DNA of 64,000 nucleotides from Methylococcaceae bacterium (GTDB lineage: Bacteria > Pseudomonadota > Gammaproteobacteria > Methylococcales > Methylomonadaceae). The stretch is from the NCBI GenBank assembly GCA_014191975.1, contig BJHG01000001.1, forward strand, positions 1,224 to 65,223, read 5' to 3'. This document shows, one piece after another, positions 49,252 to 58,753 of this stretch. Position numbers and translations under genes: made by a program. A model generated the notes under the pieces. It ran no database searches, had not been told where the DNA came from, and saw only the letters and a list, made by a program, of their open reading frames with translations. Position 1 is the first letter of the stretch, and each line of letters begins with the position of its first letter.

Positions 49252-49714
49252 CGATAACAACTGCGCCCGAATTTTCGTAACGCTCATCATCGCCATGTGT
49301 TTACGCATTGCGCCTTTGCCCGAGAGTTTGGCGTTATTAAATCCTGATTGGGTTTTATTGGTGTTGATTTATTGGAGCCTGGCAATTCCTGAACGTGTTG
49401 GAATTGGTCATGCTTGGATACTTGGAATTTTGGTCGATGTTTTAATGGGGCGATTGTTCGGACAATATGCGCTGTCGTATTCGCTCATTATTTACATGGT
49501 GCTGATTTGGCATCGGCAATTGCGTCAATTTCCCCTTATACAACAAAGTGCATTTGTATTTGGCTGTTTATTAATTTCACAATTGCTTTTGTTTTGGTTT
49601 GAAAATATCAAAGCCCCAGCTCAATTACATGTCACCTTTTGGTTGCCTGTTCTTAGCGGTACAGTAAGTTGGTTTATTGTCTATTACGTTATGCGGTTTA
49701 TTCGTCGTTTTTAA
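49244..49714 (+). CDS. mreD: Rod shape-determining protein MreD
   Basis: Small polytopic membrane protein directly after mreC. The internal ATG overlaps the mreC stop. Confidence 0.82.
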   Translation: MNNDNNCARIFVTLIIAMCLRIAPLPESLALLNPDWVLLVLIYWSLAIPERVGIGHAWILGILVDVLMGRLFGQYALSYSLIIYMVLIWHRQLRQFPLIQQSAFVFGCLLISQLLLFWFENIKAPAQLHVTFWLPVLSGTVSWFIVYYVMRFIRRF

Positions 49715-49717
49715 TCC

Positions 49718-51562
49718 ATGCCACGCATCTATACACTCAAAAACAATTCCGTCGAAAATCAGGTTTTTGTTAATCGTATAATTGCTGCTTTTTGCATTGT
49801 TGTATTTTTAACAATTGGTTTAGTCGTGCGCCTAGTTTATTTGCAAATCGTCGGTCATGAACATTACGCCACACTAGCGAAAGAAAATAGCGTCAAAATT
49901 CAACCGCTCGTACCAACACGCGGAATGATTTACGACCGCAACGGAAAAATTCTCGCCGAAAACACCCAATCTTTCAGTCTCGAATTGATTCCTGAACAAA
50001 TCAGTGATTTAGACACCACCTTGACGCAATTACAGCAACTGTTAAACATTCCTAACGAAAAAATTGACCAGTTCCAAAAACAGCGTAAACGCCAAAAACG
50101 ATTTATTAGTACACCGTTATTGCTTAGTATGACGGACGAAGAAATTGCGAAATTCGCGGTTGTGCGCCCCTATTTTACCGGTGTTGATATTCAATCCCGA
50201 CTTGTGCGCCATTATCCGTACACGGATTTAGCCGCGCATGTTGTCGGTTATGTCAGTCGAATTAACGAAGCCGAAATGAAAACGCTGCCGATGTCCGAAT
50301 ATCGCGGTTCGAGCCACGTTGGAAAATTGGGCATTGAAAGTTTTTATGAAACCCAATTACACGGTAAAACCGGTTACGCTGAAATCGAAACCAATGTGCA
50401 ATCTCGGGCCATCAATACGTTTAATACTGTTCCGCCTGCTGTGGGGGCGAATTTGTATTTAACGATTGATATTGATTTACAAAAAACGGCGTATGACGCA
50501 CTTGAAGGTTACAACGGCGCAGTGGTCGCGCTTGATGTCCAAACGGGCGGCGTGTTAGTTTTTTCAAGTCGCCCAGGTTTTGATCCGAATCCATTTGTGA
50601 TCGGCATTGATTACGATGCGTATCAAGCATTGCAATCGTCTGAAAACCAGCCACTTTATAATCGGGCATTGCGTGGTTTATATCCTCCAGGCTCAACCAT
50701 GAAACCTTTTGTTGCGTTGGCGGGTTTGGAATATAACGCAATTAGTTTTGAACAAACGCATTATTGCCCTGGTTATTATCAATTACCAAATGTGCCACAT
50801 AAATACCGTGATTGGAAACACGGTGGTCACGGTGCAGTCAGTATGAGTGAAGCGATTACTGAATCCTGTGATGTGTATTTTTATAGTCTTGCGTCGGTAT
50901 TGGGCATCGACAATATGCACCAGTTTCTACAACAATTTGGATTTGGTGAAAAATCGGGCATTGATTTAGTTGGTGAAAAAATGGGCTTATTACCGTCACG
51001 CGAGTGGAAGCAGCAACAAAAAAATCAAACGTGGTATCCCGGTGAAACCCTGATTACAGGAATTGGACAAGGTTATTTGCAAGTTACCCCCGTCCAATTG
51101 GCACGGGCGACTGCAACATTGGCGAATGGCGGAAAAATTGTTACACCGTTTTTGGTTGATAAAATAGTGACGGCGACGGAAACGCAATCTGGTTCTGAAA
51201 CCCACGGCAAAATTATTCCGTTGAAATCTATCAATGTTCAGCATATTACTGACGCAATGGTGAATGTGGTGCATGACGCACACGGCACCGCGAAAAATAT
51301 CGGTAAAAATATTACTTATCACATCGCCGGTAAAACGGGGACAGCACAGGTTTTCAACATCAAACAAGAAGCGAAATATAACGAAAATACCATTGATTTT
51401 AAATTACGCGACCACGCGCTTTTTATCGCGTTCGCGCCGGCTGAAAATCCGAAAATTGCCATCGCCGTCGTCGTTGAAAATGGCGGACACGGTGGTTCAG
51501 TTGCCGCGCCGATTGCGGGAAAAGTGATTGAACAATATTTGGAGAGTCTCAATGCAAAGTGA
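49718..51562 (+). CDS. mrdA: Penicillin-binding protein 2 (peptidoglycan D,D-transpeptidase MrdA)
   Basis: SxxK (PGSTMKP), SxD (SCD in ESCDVYF) and KTG (GKTGTAQ) motifs, in mreBCD-mrdA-rodA context. Confidence 0.93.
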   Translation: MPRIYTLKNNSVENQVFVNRIIAAFCIVVFLTIGLVVRLVYLQIVGHEHYATLAKENSVKIQPLVPTRGMIYDRNGKILAENTQSFSLELIPEQISDLDTTLTQLQQLLNIPNEKIDQFQKQRKRQKRFISTPLLLSMTDEEIAKFAVVRPYFTGVDIQSRLVRHYPYTDLAAHVVGYVSRINEAEMKTLPMSEYRGSSHVGKLGIESFYETQLHGKTGYAEIETNVQSRAINTFNTVPPAVGANLYLTIDIDLQKTAYDALEGYNGAVVALDVQTGGVLVFSSRPGFDPNPFVIGIDYDAYQALQSSENQPLYNRALRGLYPPGSTMKPFVALAGLEYNAISFEQTHYCPGYYQLPNVPHKYRDWKHGGHGAVSMSEAITESCDVYFYSLASVLGIDNMHQFLQQFGFGEKSGIDLVGEKMGLLPSREWKQQQKNQTWYPGETLITGIGQGYLQVTPVQLARATATLANGGKIVTPFLVDKIVTATETQSGSETHGKIIPLKSINVQHITDAMVNVVHDAHGTAKNIGKNITYHIAGKTGTAQVFNIKQEAKYNENTIDFKLRDHALFIAFAPAENPKIAIAVVVENGGHGGSVAAPIAGKVIEQYLESLNAK

Positions 51563-52682
51563 AACGCGCCACGAACAATTTGAACGGCATTCTTTTTTTG
51601 GCAATTTCTTACGCAAACTGCACGTTGATATTCCGTTATTTGTGACGTTGGTGCTGATTTCCATTTTGAGTTTTGTCATTCTTTACAGCGCAGGCGGGCA
51701 AGATTTGGACGTGTTGATTCGGCAAGCGACGCGGGTCGCCTTGGCGTTTGGATTGATGATTTTATTGGCACACGTCGAACCGTATCAATTCAAACGCTGG
51801 TCGGTAATTTTATTCAGTTTGGGGATTGTGTTGTTGTTAGCGGTGTTGATTTTGGGCGAAATTGGCAAAGGCGCACAACGCTGGTTGGAATTGGGCGCGT
51901 TTCGTTTTCAACCGTCTGAAATGATTAAAATTACCACGCCGATGATGATTGCATGGTATTTAGCCGAATACGCCTTGCCGCCGAAACCGAAACAGCTTTT
52001 AATTGCCAGCGCGTTGATTGCGTTGCCGACGTTGCTGATTGCGAAACAACCGGATTTAGGCACTGCGTTATTGGTCGCGAGTTCGGGTGCGGCAGTTTTA
52101 TTTTTTTCGGGTTTATCGTGGTGGTTTATTGTTGGCATTGGTTCGTTATTAACCGCACTCACGCCGATTCTGTGGCATTTCATGCACGATTACCAACGCG
52201 CTCGCGTGCTGACGTTTCTGAATCCTGAAGCTGATCCGTTGGGGCGGGGTTATCACATTATTCAATCGAAAATCGCGATTGGTTCCGGCGGTGTTTATGG
52301 CAAAGGCTGGCTCGGAAGTACCCAATCGGAACTGGATTTTTTGCCCGAAAGTTCGACCGATTTTATTTTTGCGGTCTTCGCGGAAGAGTTTGGTTTATTC
52401 GGCTGCGTCAGTTTATTGGTGTTGTATTTGCTGATTATCAGCCGCTGTTTATTTATCGCATCGCAAGCCAACGACACTTACAGCCGTTTATTGGCAGGCA
52501 GTTTGGCGTTCACCTTTTTTGTGTATGTGTTTGTGAATATCGGCATGGTGATTGGCGTGTTGCCCGTCGTCGGCGTACCATTGCCGCTAGTAAGTTACGG
52601 CGGCACGTCGATTGTGACATTGTGTGCGGGTTTCGGAATTTTGATGTCGATTCACACCCACAAAAAGTTAAAACCTTATTAA
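51552..52682 (+). CDS. rodA: Peptidoglycan glycosyltransferase RodA (SEDS family)
   Basis: Polytopic SEDS protein with QPSEMIKI, KQPDLGTAL and TDFIFAVFAEEFGL motifs. The ATG at 51552 follows the ggagag RBS. Confidence 0.93.
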   Translation: MQSETRHEQFERHSFFGNFLRKLHVDIPLFVTLVLISILSFVILYSAGGQDLDVLIRQATRVALAFGLMILLAHVEPYQFKRWSVILFSLGIVLLLAVLILGEIGKGAQRWLELGAFRFQPSEMIKITTPMMIAWYLAEYALPPKPKQLLIASALIALPTLLIAKQPDLGTALLVASSGAAVLFFSGLSWWFIVGIGSLLTALTPILWHFMHDYQRARVLTFLNPEADPLGRGYHIIQSKIAIGSGGVYGKGWLGSTQSELDFLPESSTDFIFAVFAEEFGLFGCVSLLVLYLLIISRCLFIASQANDTYSRLLAGSLAFTFFVYVFVNIGMVIGVLPVVGVPLPLVSYGGTSIVTLCAGFGILMSIHTHKKLKPY

Positions 52683-53612
52683 AACTTCTCCACCGCAATT
52701 TCTTGCACTGACTACGCTAAAGATCAATGAAGTTTTAGAAAAACTCGCCTGCGCGGATTGGATTAAATTTTCAGCGATTTCTGCATTTTCAACCAAGCAA
52801 AACCCTGTTGGTCCCCAAGATGTTTGTCCGACCGCAACTGCGCCACGATTTGCCAACCAATTCATCGATTCTGCAACATCGCCGCTACTAAAAATGCCGC
52901 CTTGTGCCGGTGAAAAATGCTCCCCAACAGCACGTTGCAATTCTGTAATCACATCGCCAAAACGCGCTAAATCCTTTTCCGCAATTGCAGGTAAAGCCTG
53001 CATTAGCAATAAATAACTTAACCGCTCAACTTCTGAACGTGAAAAAGGTGGCAAGGTTTTAAAGGCTTGAATTTCTTGTTGTCCGTGCAATCCCTGACCA
53101 CGTTTATCGAAAACTAAAATAAATCGCCAATTTTCTGGAACATCAAAATGCGCCAACATGGGTGGTGTAATCGTATTTTCACCACGCCCGCCATCAACGA
53201 CTAATCCACCTTGCTCAAAAACCCCAATGCCAATTCCTGAACGCAAACCTCTATCCATCACAGCGGCAATGTCACGCACGCTTAATTTCAAATCGTAAAA
53301 CGCATTCAAACCTGCCCCAACGGCTAATGCCATTTGTGTTCCTGAACCTAAACCAATGTGTTCTGGAATGGTTTCGACGATTGCAATATTTAACGCATCC
53401 GAAACGTCAAACGCTTTGCAAAATATCGTTAAGTATTTAGAAACTGATTTGTTTTCGATATACTTTTTGTCGCTTGCAGAAATAACCAATTGCGTGACGG
53501 GTTCATTCAATGCCACGCCGATACTGCCAAATTGCCGTCCTAATGAGCCACTTAAATCTAAAAAACCCATGTGTAAGCGTGCGGGCGCAATTACTGAAAC
53601 AGAAGAAATCAT
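52668..53612 (-). CDS. Beta-ribofuranosylaminobenzene 5'-phosphate (beta-RFAP) synthase-like GHMP-fold protein (methanopterin biosynthesis)
   Basis: The N-terminus VIAPARLHMGFLDLSGSLGRQFGSIGVAL and the GLGSGTQ motif are characteristic of this family. Its 3' end overlaps the rodA 3' end by 15 nt (convergent genes). Confidence 0.7.
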   Translation of the reverse strand: MISSVSVIAPARLHMGFLDLSGSLGRQFGSIGVALNEPVTQLVISASDKKYIENKSVSKYLTIFCKAFDVSDALNIAIVETIPEHIGLGSGTQMALAVGAGLNAFYDLKLSVRDIAAVMDRGLRSGIGIGVFEQGGLVVDGGRGENTITPPMLAHFDVPENWRFILVFDKRGQGLHGQQEIQAFKTLPPFSRSEVERLSYLLLMQALPAIAEKDLARFGDVITELQRAVGEHFSPAQGGIFSSGDVAESMNWLANRGAVAVGQTSWGPTGFCLVENAEIAENLIQSAQASFSKTSLIFSVVSARNCGGEVLIRF

Positions 53613-53632
53613 AAATAATCTTTGAAATGAAA

Positions 53633-54787
53633 TTAACGAGAGAAATTCAAATTTCCATCTTGAATCGTGAGTCGAACTTCGCCGCGTAATAATTGCTGTA
53701 ATTCATTACCGACCATTGAAAAACGCCAACCCGTTAACAACAAAAAATTTTCATGATTACCATTAAGCAACGATTCTAAGTCGTCACGATTTGCCAAAAT
53801 CGTCGGATTTAACAAATTTTCTTCGGCTCGAATTCGTACCAAAGCGAACAAAATATCAATAATTGCTTCTTGTTTTTGATCTTTATTGAAAACACTTTTC
53901 GTATATTCAGGCATAGGAATCGGTGGTGACTTTTTCGCTACTTTAATTAATTCACACAACTCTTTGCCGTGATAATTTAAAACTCGATCCGTAATGCCAC
54001 GAATTTTCGACAGGGCTTCAATCGTTTCGGGTTGAATTTTGGCAAAATCAAACAGCAAATCGTCACGAACCAACCAATTTTTTGGGCGATTTTCTTTTTG
54101 TGCGATTCTTTCGCGCCATTCTGAAATAACTTGAATAATTGATAATTGCTTGCCTGTTAATTTACTTTTTCCCTTAACACGCAACCACGCATTCTCAGGT
54201 GTTACTTCATATTGCTCAATATTTTCCAATGCGATGAAATCGTTTTTTAACCAATCAAGTCGTCCTAATCCAGTTAATTGTGTAATCATTTTTTGATAAA
54301 TGTCACACAAATAAATCACGTCATCGGCAGCGTATTGAATTTCATCTGCACTCAAAGGGCGCGAACTCCAATCCGCTCGCGTATGCGCTTTTTTCAGATT
54401 GATATTTAAGAAAGACGAAACCAACATTCCATAACCCGTATTTTCTGTAAATCCCAACAACGGCGCGGCAATTTGCGTATCGAAAATTGGCGAAGGTAAT
54501 TCGCCTGTCAACTGGTAAAAAATTTCTAAATCTTGGCGACAGGAATGAAAAACTTTCGTGACGTTTGGGTTATAAATCGCTTTAAAAAGTTTACTCAAAT
54601 CAGGTAAAGCAATCGGATCAACGCACCCTACCCATTCAGGGGTCGCCAATTGCAACAAACAGAATTTTGGATAATACGTTTTTTCACGCAAAAATTCGGT
54701 ATCAACCGCAATCCACGACGCGTTTTCGATGCGCTGGCACAAATCGTCTAGCTGCTCTGGTTTATTTATGTATTCGATGGTTTTCAT
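53633..54787 (-). CDS. rnd: Ribonuclease D
   Basis: DEDD 3'-5' exonuclease motifs (IAVDTEF.., HSCRQDLE.., YAADDVIYL) plus HRDC-like C-terminal domains. Confidence 0.9.
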   Translation of the reverse strand: MKTIEYINKPEQLDDLCQRIENASWIAVDTEFLREKTYYPKFCLLQLATPEWVGCVDPIALPDLSKLFKAIYNPNVTKVFHSCRQDLEIFYQLTGELPSPIFDTQIAAPLLGFTENTGYGMLVSSFLNINLKKAHTRADWSSRPLSADEIQYAADDVIYLCDIYQKMITQLTGLGRLDWLKNDFIALENIEQYEVTPENAWLRVKGKSKLTGKQLSIIQVISEWRERIAQKENRPKNWLVRDDLLFDFAKIQPETIEALSKIRGITDRVLNYHGKELCELIKVAKKSPPIPMPEYTKSVFNKDQKQEAIIDILFALVRIRAEENLLNPTILANRDDLESLLNGNHENFLLLTGWRFSMVGNELQQLLRGEVRLTIQDGNLNFSR

Positions 54788-54794
54788 TATTTTT

Positions 54795-55223
54795 CTAATT
54801 GGAATTATTTTTTAAACAGGAAAAAACGTCTTTCACATCGATATAAATGAAATAGAAAACAGGCGTGTCGAATAATAGAATTTCGTCATAACGAGTTTGT
54901 GTTTGTTCGCAAGTTTTAGCGCAATTGGTTTCGTCTAACGTGATGCAATAGGTCACGGGAATTTCAACGTTATCGCCGTTTTTATGAATGCCATCGACAA
55001 TGAATTCATAAAAATGCGCGAAAAAATCAGCAAAGTTTTTTCGGTCAAAATCTAAATCTGAAATGGCGGCGGATTCGTCGATGGGTTTGAAAGTTTGAAT
55101 GTTTCGAGCGGCAAAGAATTTTTGTACGGTTGGCAAAATCAAATCACGTTCAATTGTTTCGACATTTTTAACACCAAAATAGCCAACAAACTGACTTTTT
55201 GTTTTTGAGTTTGTTTCAATCAT
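54795..55223 (-). CDS. Hypothetical protein, third gene of the McrBC-like operon
   Basis: 142-aa ORF whose start overlaps the stop of the upstream nuclease-like gene by 8 nt. No recognisable motif. Confidence 0.5.
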   Translation of the reverse strand: MIETNSKTKSQFVGYFGVKNVETIERDLILPTVQKFFAARNIQTFKPIDESAAISDLDFDRKNFADFFAHFYEFIVDGIHKNGDNVEIPVTYCITLDETNCAKTCEQTQTRYDEILLFDTPVFYFIYIDVKDVFSCLKNNSN

Positions 55224-56804
55224 GGGTTAGGTAGATTTGCTGAATATCGGAAAAATTAAGAAATTTTGGAAGGATTCCAGACTTTAGGATGCTCGCTAGA
55301 ATCGTGAGGTGATTTTCTATGTCAAGTTCCTTATCGCCAAAGTAAGGCATTACAAATATGCTCTGACTACTAGATTTTTCTTTTCGCAGGGCAAATCCAT
55401 AACAAAGTTGTTTTATGACATCAAGTTGGACTTTTTTGTTATTGCTAATGAAAAAGTTAAAATCCATATATTTCCAGTCAAATAGGAAAGTGCTTGTAGC
55501 TTGAGTATTAGTTTGTTTTAAAAGTAAGTCTTGTTGTTTTTCAAGTTCTAATTTTGAATAATTTCTGAATTCATTTTCTCCTATTGCTCTCATTGTTCCT
55601 TTAACCCGCTTTAGATTCAAACAAAACAATTTATGGATTTTAGAAATTGTTTTATCTACTAATACGATTCTAAAATCAACCATAAAGCCATGATCTTTTT
55701 TAATTATGATTTTTATTTGGTTGTCAAAAATAGAGCATTGATTTTTTTTCTGCATAACTAAATCAGGTCGCATCCAGCGTTTTTTACCTCGAAACTCTAT
55801 AAAAAACGGGTCTTTAAAATCAGCCCTTTTGTAGATTGGAAAATAACCAGCAGATTTTGCATTCGCAACACGTTTGCCATTAAAAATGATGTTTGTATCA
55901 GCGTAAAGAATATAACTGTTATCGTGATCTGCGAACGCCCAAGTCGCGCACATATCCTCCCAAACCGACGAAAAATTACTAATTCCCCAAAACATGCCGT
56001 CTTCGTGCGGGTTGTCCATGTCCAACTCGCCATAAAGAAACGTTTCAATCGCTTCGTAAAGTCGCCAATAATCTTCGTCTTTGTACGCGGTGCGTTTGTC
56101 GATGTCGTCTAAAACACCTTTGAGCGTGCGAATCGTGGTTTCAAACGTTTCTTCGTTAAACAACGATTCTTCATGACTTAAATGTTGTTCGCTGAAACGA
56201 TGCGCCAATTCTTGCGCACGCGGTTCGATGTCGTGCGCCAATTCGTTTTGCAATTCCGACACAATGAAACAAAACAAATCAATTAGCGTCGTCGATTCAT
56301 AGCGCAAAGTTTGACGCGGCAAATCCATTTCGTCGATATAAATCACGTCTTTCGGCAAATAAATCGCTCTGTCCAAATAGCGGTCAATTTTGGAATAATC
56401 GACTTTTTCATCTGTACCAATGCGCGGTTCCATAAGGTCTAACGCCAAGTCACGATAAACGTCTAACAAATTTTCGATTAACGCGATTTTGCTATAAAGC
56501 ACCACGTCGTTGTCTTCTTTGTTTTTGAAACGATAACCGTCTTTTCTTTTTGAATTTGGTCTTTGCCGGTGGCGCGTGTGTCTAAAATATCGCGCGTGCT
56601 GTCGCGTTCAAACTTTTGAAACGTGCGATACATTTTGAAAAATAGCTCTTTCGTGGCATCAAAATCATTTTCGGGAAAATCATCAAAACCGTGCGGCAAA
56701 CGGAATTCCATCTCGTCATCTGCATTACGACGAATGCCAACAAAGGAATTGGTACTTTCAGAATCACAACGTTTGGTGAGTTTTAAGGTTTTGAAATTAA
56801 ACAT
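55216..56804 (-). pseudogene. McrC/LlaJI-R2-like nuclease subunit, split by a 1-nt frameshift in an A/T run (56542-56551)
   Basis: The N-terminal ORF MFNFKTLKLTKRCDSE..FVGIRRNADDEMEFRLPHGF..FERDSTRDILDTRATGKDQIQK continues in the -1 frame as RKDGYRFKNKEDNDVVLYSKIALIENLL... A candidate PD-(D/E)xK is WMRPDLVM ... FLFDWKYM. The ATG at 56804 overlaps the stop of the upstream GTPase gene. Confidence 0.6.
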
Positions 56805-58173
56805 GACCGTTAATTTTTTCGATAAACAAATCCACCTGCGTGGCAAAATCGCCGAACGTAATCAGCGGTGATTCATCAGGCTTAACATCTTTGCCAAATA
56901 ACAATTTCACCAGCGGCTTTTTATCACGGTTAAACACGCTGTCCCACAAGAAAAACATCAATTTGTTTTGAATGCTCGATTTTTGAATTTCGTCGTCGGT
57001 GATGAAAAAATGCCCGATTTGGTTATCTTCGATGCCGCGAATGGATTTGTGATTGCTTTTGATAAACGCATTTAATTTACTGACAAATGCTTGCCATTCG
57101 TCACGATTTGCAAACGCCACGCCTTCGGCTGAAATCGTGTTTGAATCGACATCAATAAATTCCCATTCCCAACGGCGTTTGAACGCGCTGTCCATGTAAT
57201 AAATTGAACTGTCCGACGTGTTCATGCTGGCAAGAATTGATAAATTGGGCGGAATTTTGATCGTTCGATTTTCAAAATGGCAATTTAATGTTTTCTGCAA
57301 CGTCGTCGCTTCAATTTCTTCGTCGCCGAATTTGTAGGTTTTGATTTTTTTCTGAACAATCGAATGCTCTTTTAAATCACACAATTCAAACAACCGATTA
57401 AAAATAATTTCATTCACGCTCACTTCGTAACTCGACCAGCCGTCAGGTTCGCGGTCAAGCAACTGAAAAATTGTGCCGAAAATTGCCGCAGAATTTCCAC
57501 GATTGATTTCGTCAATCACGAGCGCAACTTTTTCAACTTCGCTGTCGTTCTCTTGCGCGGCAATGATGTTTTTGTAGGCTTGCGAAAGAGCTTTTAAAAA
57601 ATGCCCTTCGTAGAATTTATATTGCACATTATTACCAACCGTTATCGGCATCAATTTTCCGACAAAATCGCCGTAAGTATATTCAGGATGAAACACGGTT
57701 TTGATGACGTTGGCAGGCATTTTTTCAACATCAATCAATAATTCATACGGAATAATATGCTTGTCGATTTGGTAACTTTTGCCCGTTCCAGGGCTGCCGA
57801 AGAGGATTTTTTGTTGGTAGGTTTTCATGTTTATTTTCGATTCGTTTGAATGTTCTTGAACTGATTTGAATAATTTTTGGACATCAAGATTTTCGATTTC
57901 AGCTTGTAATCCTTTTTCTGTGAGTTTCCAAACGCCACGTTGAGAATTATCAATGTATCCAGCATTGTGTAAATGGAATCTTGCCCACCGCATTTGATTT
58001 CTGATTTTAGATTCGCCACTGGAAGTGGTTTCTGCTAAATCATTTTCAACAATGTCCAAATCTTTTATGACTTGATCAATAACTTCAGACGCTTTGACTA
58101 CTCCGCCATTTCTTTGAAGAACTTTTAAAATAGGGATTATGTACTGTAAAAACTGTGAGCCTTTTTGTGCCAT
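56797..58173 (-). CDS. McrB-family AAA+ GTPase with N-terminal Mrr_N-type winged-helix domain
   Basis: The N-terminus ..YIIPILKVLQRNGGVVKASEVIDQV...RWARFHLHNAGYID..RGVWKLTEKG is Mrr_N-like. It has Walker A LFGSPGTGKSY, Walker B LVIDEINRGN, and the McrB signatures ASMNTSDSS and AFKRRWEWEF. Confidence 0.82.
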   Translation of the reverse strand: MAQKGSQFLQYIIPILKVLQRNGGVVKASEVIDQVIKDLDIVENDLAETTSSGESKIRNQMRWARFHLHNAGYIDNSQRGVWKLTEKGLQAEIENLDVQKLFKSVQEHSNESKINMKTYQQKILFGSPGTGKSYQIDKHIIPYELLIDVEKMPANVIKTVFHPEYTYGDFVGKLMPITVGNNVQYKFYEGHFLKALSQAYKNIIAAQENDSEVEKVALVIDEINRGNSAAIFGTIFQLLDREPDGWSSYEVSVNEIIFNRLFELCDLKEHSIVQKKIKTYKFGDEEIEATTLQKTLNCHFENRTIKIPPNLSILASMNTSDSSIYYMDSAFKRRWEWEFIDVDSNTISAEGVAFANRDEWQAFVSKLNAFIKSNHKSIRGIEDNQIGHFFITDDEIQKSSIQNKLMFFLWDSVFNRDKKPLVKLLFGKDVKPDESPLITFGDFATQVDLFIEKINGHV

Positions 58174-58231
58174 GTTTTATCCTTGTGTTGTGGCAGTTTT
58201 TATACTGGGGAAAGACTCACCACCGATTATT

Positions 58232-58750
58232 TTAACGGCGACGGCGAAAGATATTTCGATTGGTAGAAGGCGTTTCTTTTCGGGTTTTTAAACGCTTAAT
58301 GTTGAGTTTATGACCGTTAATTTCGATACTTTTCAAATGCAGAAAAATATCCGTTGGCATTTCATCGGGTAATTCCAACAGTGTGTAATCACTCCGAATG
58401 CTGACGTTTTGGATATTATTTCTATCTACACCTGACTCTTCAATCAATAATTGATGCAAAGAATCAAAATCGACACGCTGTTTTTTACCAATATCTAAAC
58501 GATAACGCTGCATGACAATCGGTGGCAACTCTATCGATTCGATAGAAATTGAAGGGATTTCTGGCGGCGGAGGTGAAACAATTTCACCTTCAAATTGCAA
58601 GGACAATAATGCCGCCGCACAATCAAGCGGAGTGACTTCTAACTCATTTGCTAAAATCAAAACAGCATTACGTTTCCCATCTAAATGGCGGTGTTTGATA
58701 ATCGTGCGTAAGCGACTAACGATGATTTCAAATGTATTAATTTCAACCAT
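58232..58750 (-). CDS. Stand-alone DbpA/DeaD C-terminal RNA-binding-domain protein
   Basis: ..LDCAAALLSLQ.. and QRYRLDIGKKQRVDFDSLHQLLIEESGVDRNNIQNVSIRSDYTLLELPDEMP align by eye with the E. coli DeaD C-terminal region ([38 protein letters not shown]). There is no helicase core. It starts 4 nt after surA. Confidence 0.65.
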   Translation of the reverse strand: MVEINTFEIIVSRLRTIIKHRHLDGKRNAVLILANELEVTPLDCAAALLSLQFEGEIVSPPPPEIPSISIESIELPPIVMQRYRLDIGKKQRVDFDSLHQLLIEESGVDRNNIQNVSIRSDYTLLELPDEMPTDIFLHLKSIEINGHKLNIKRLKTRKETPSTNRNIFRRRR

Positions 58751-58753
58751 AAA

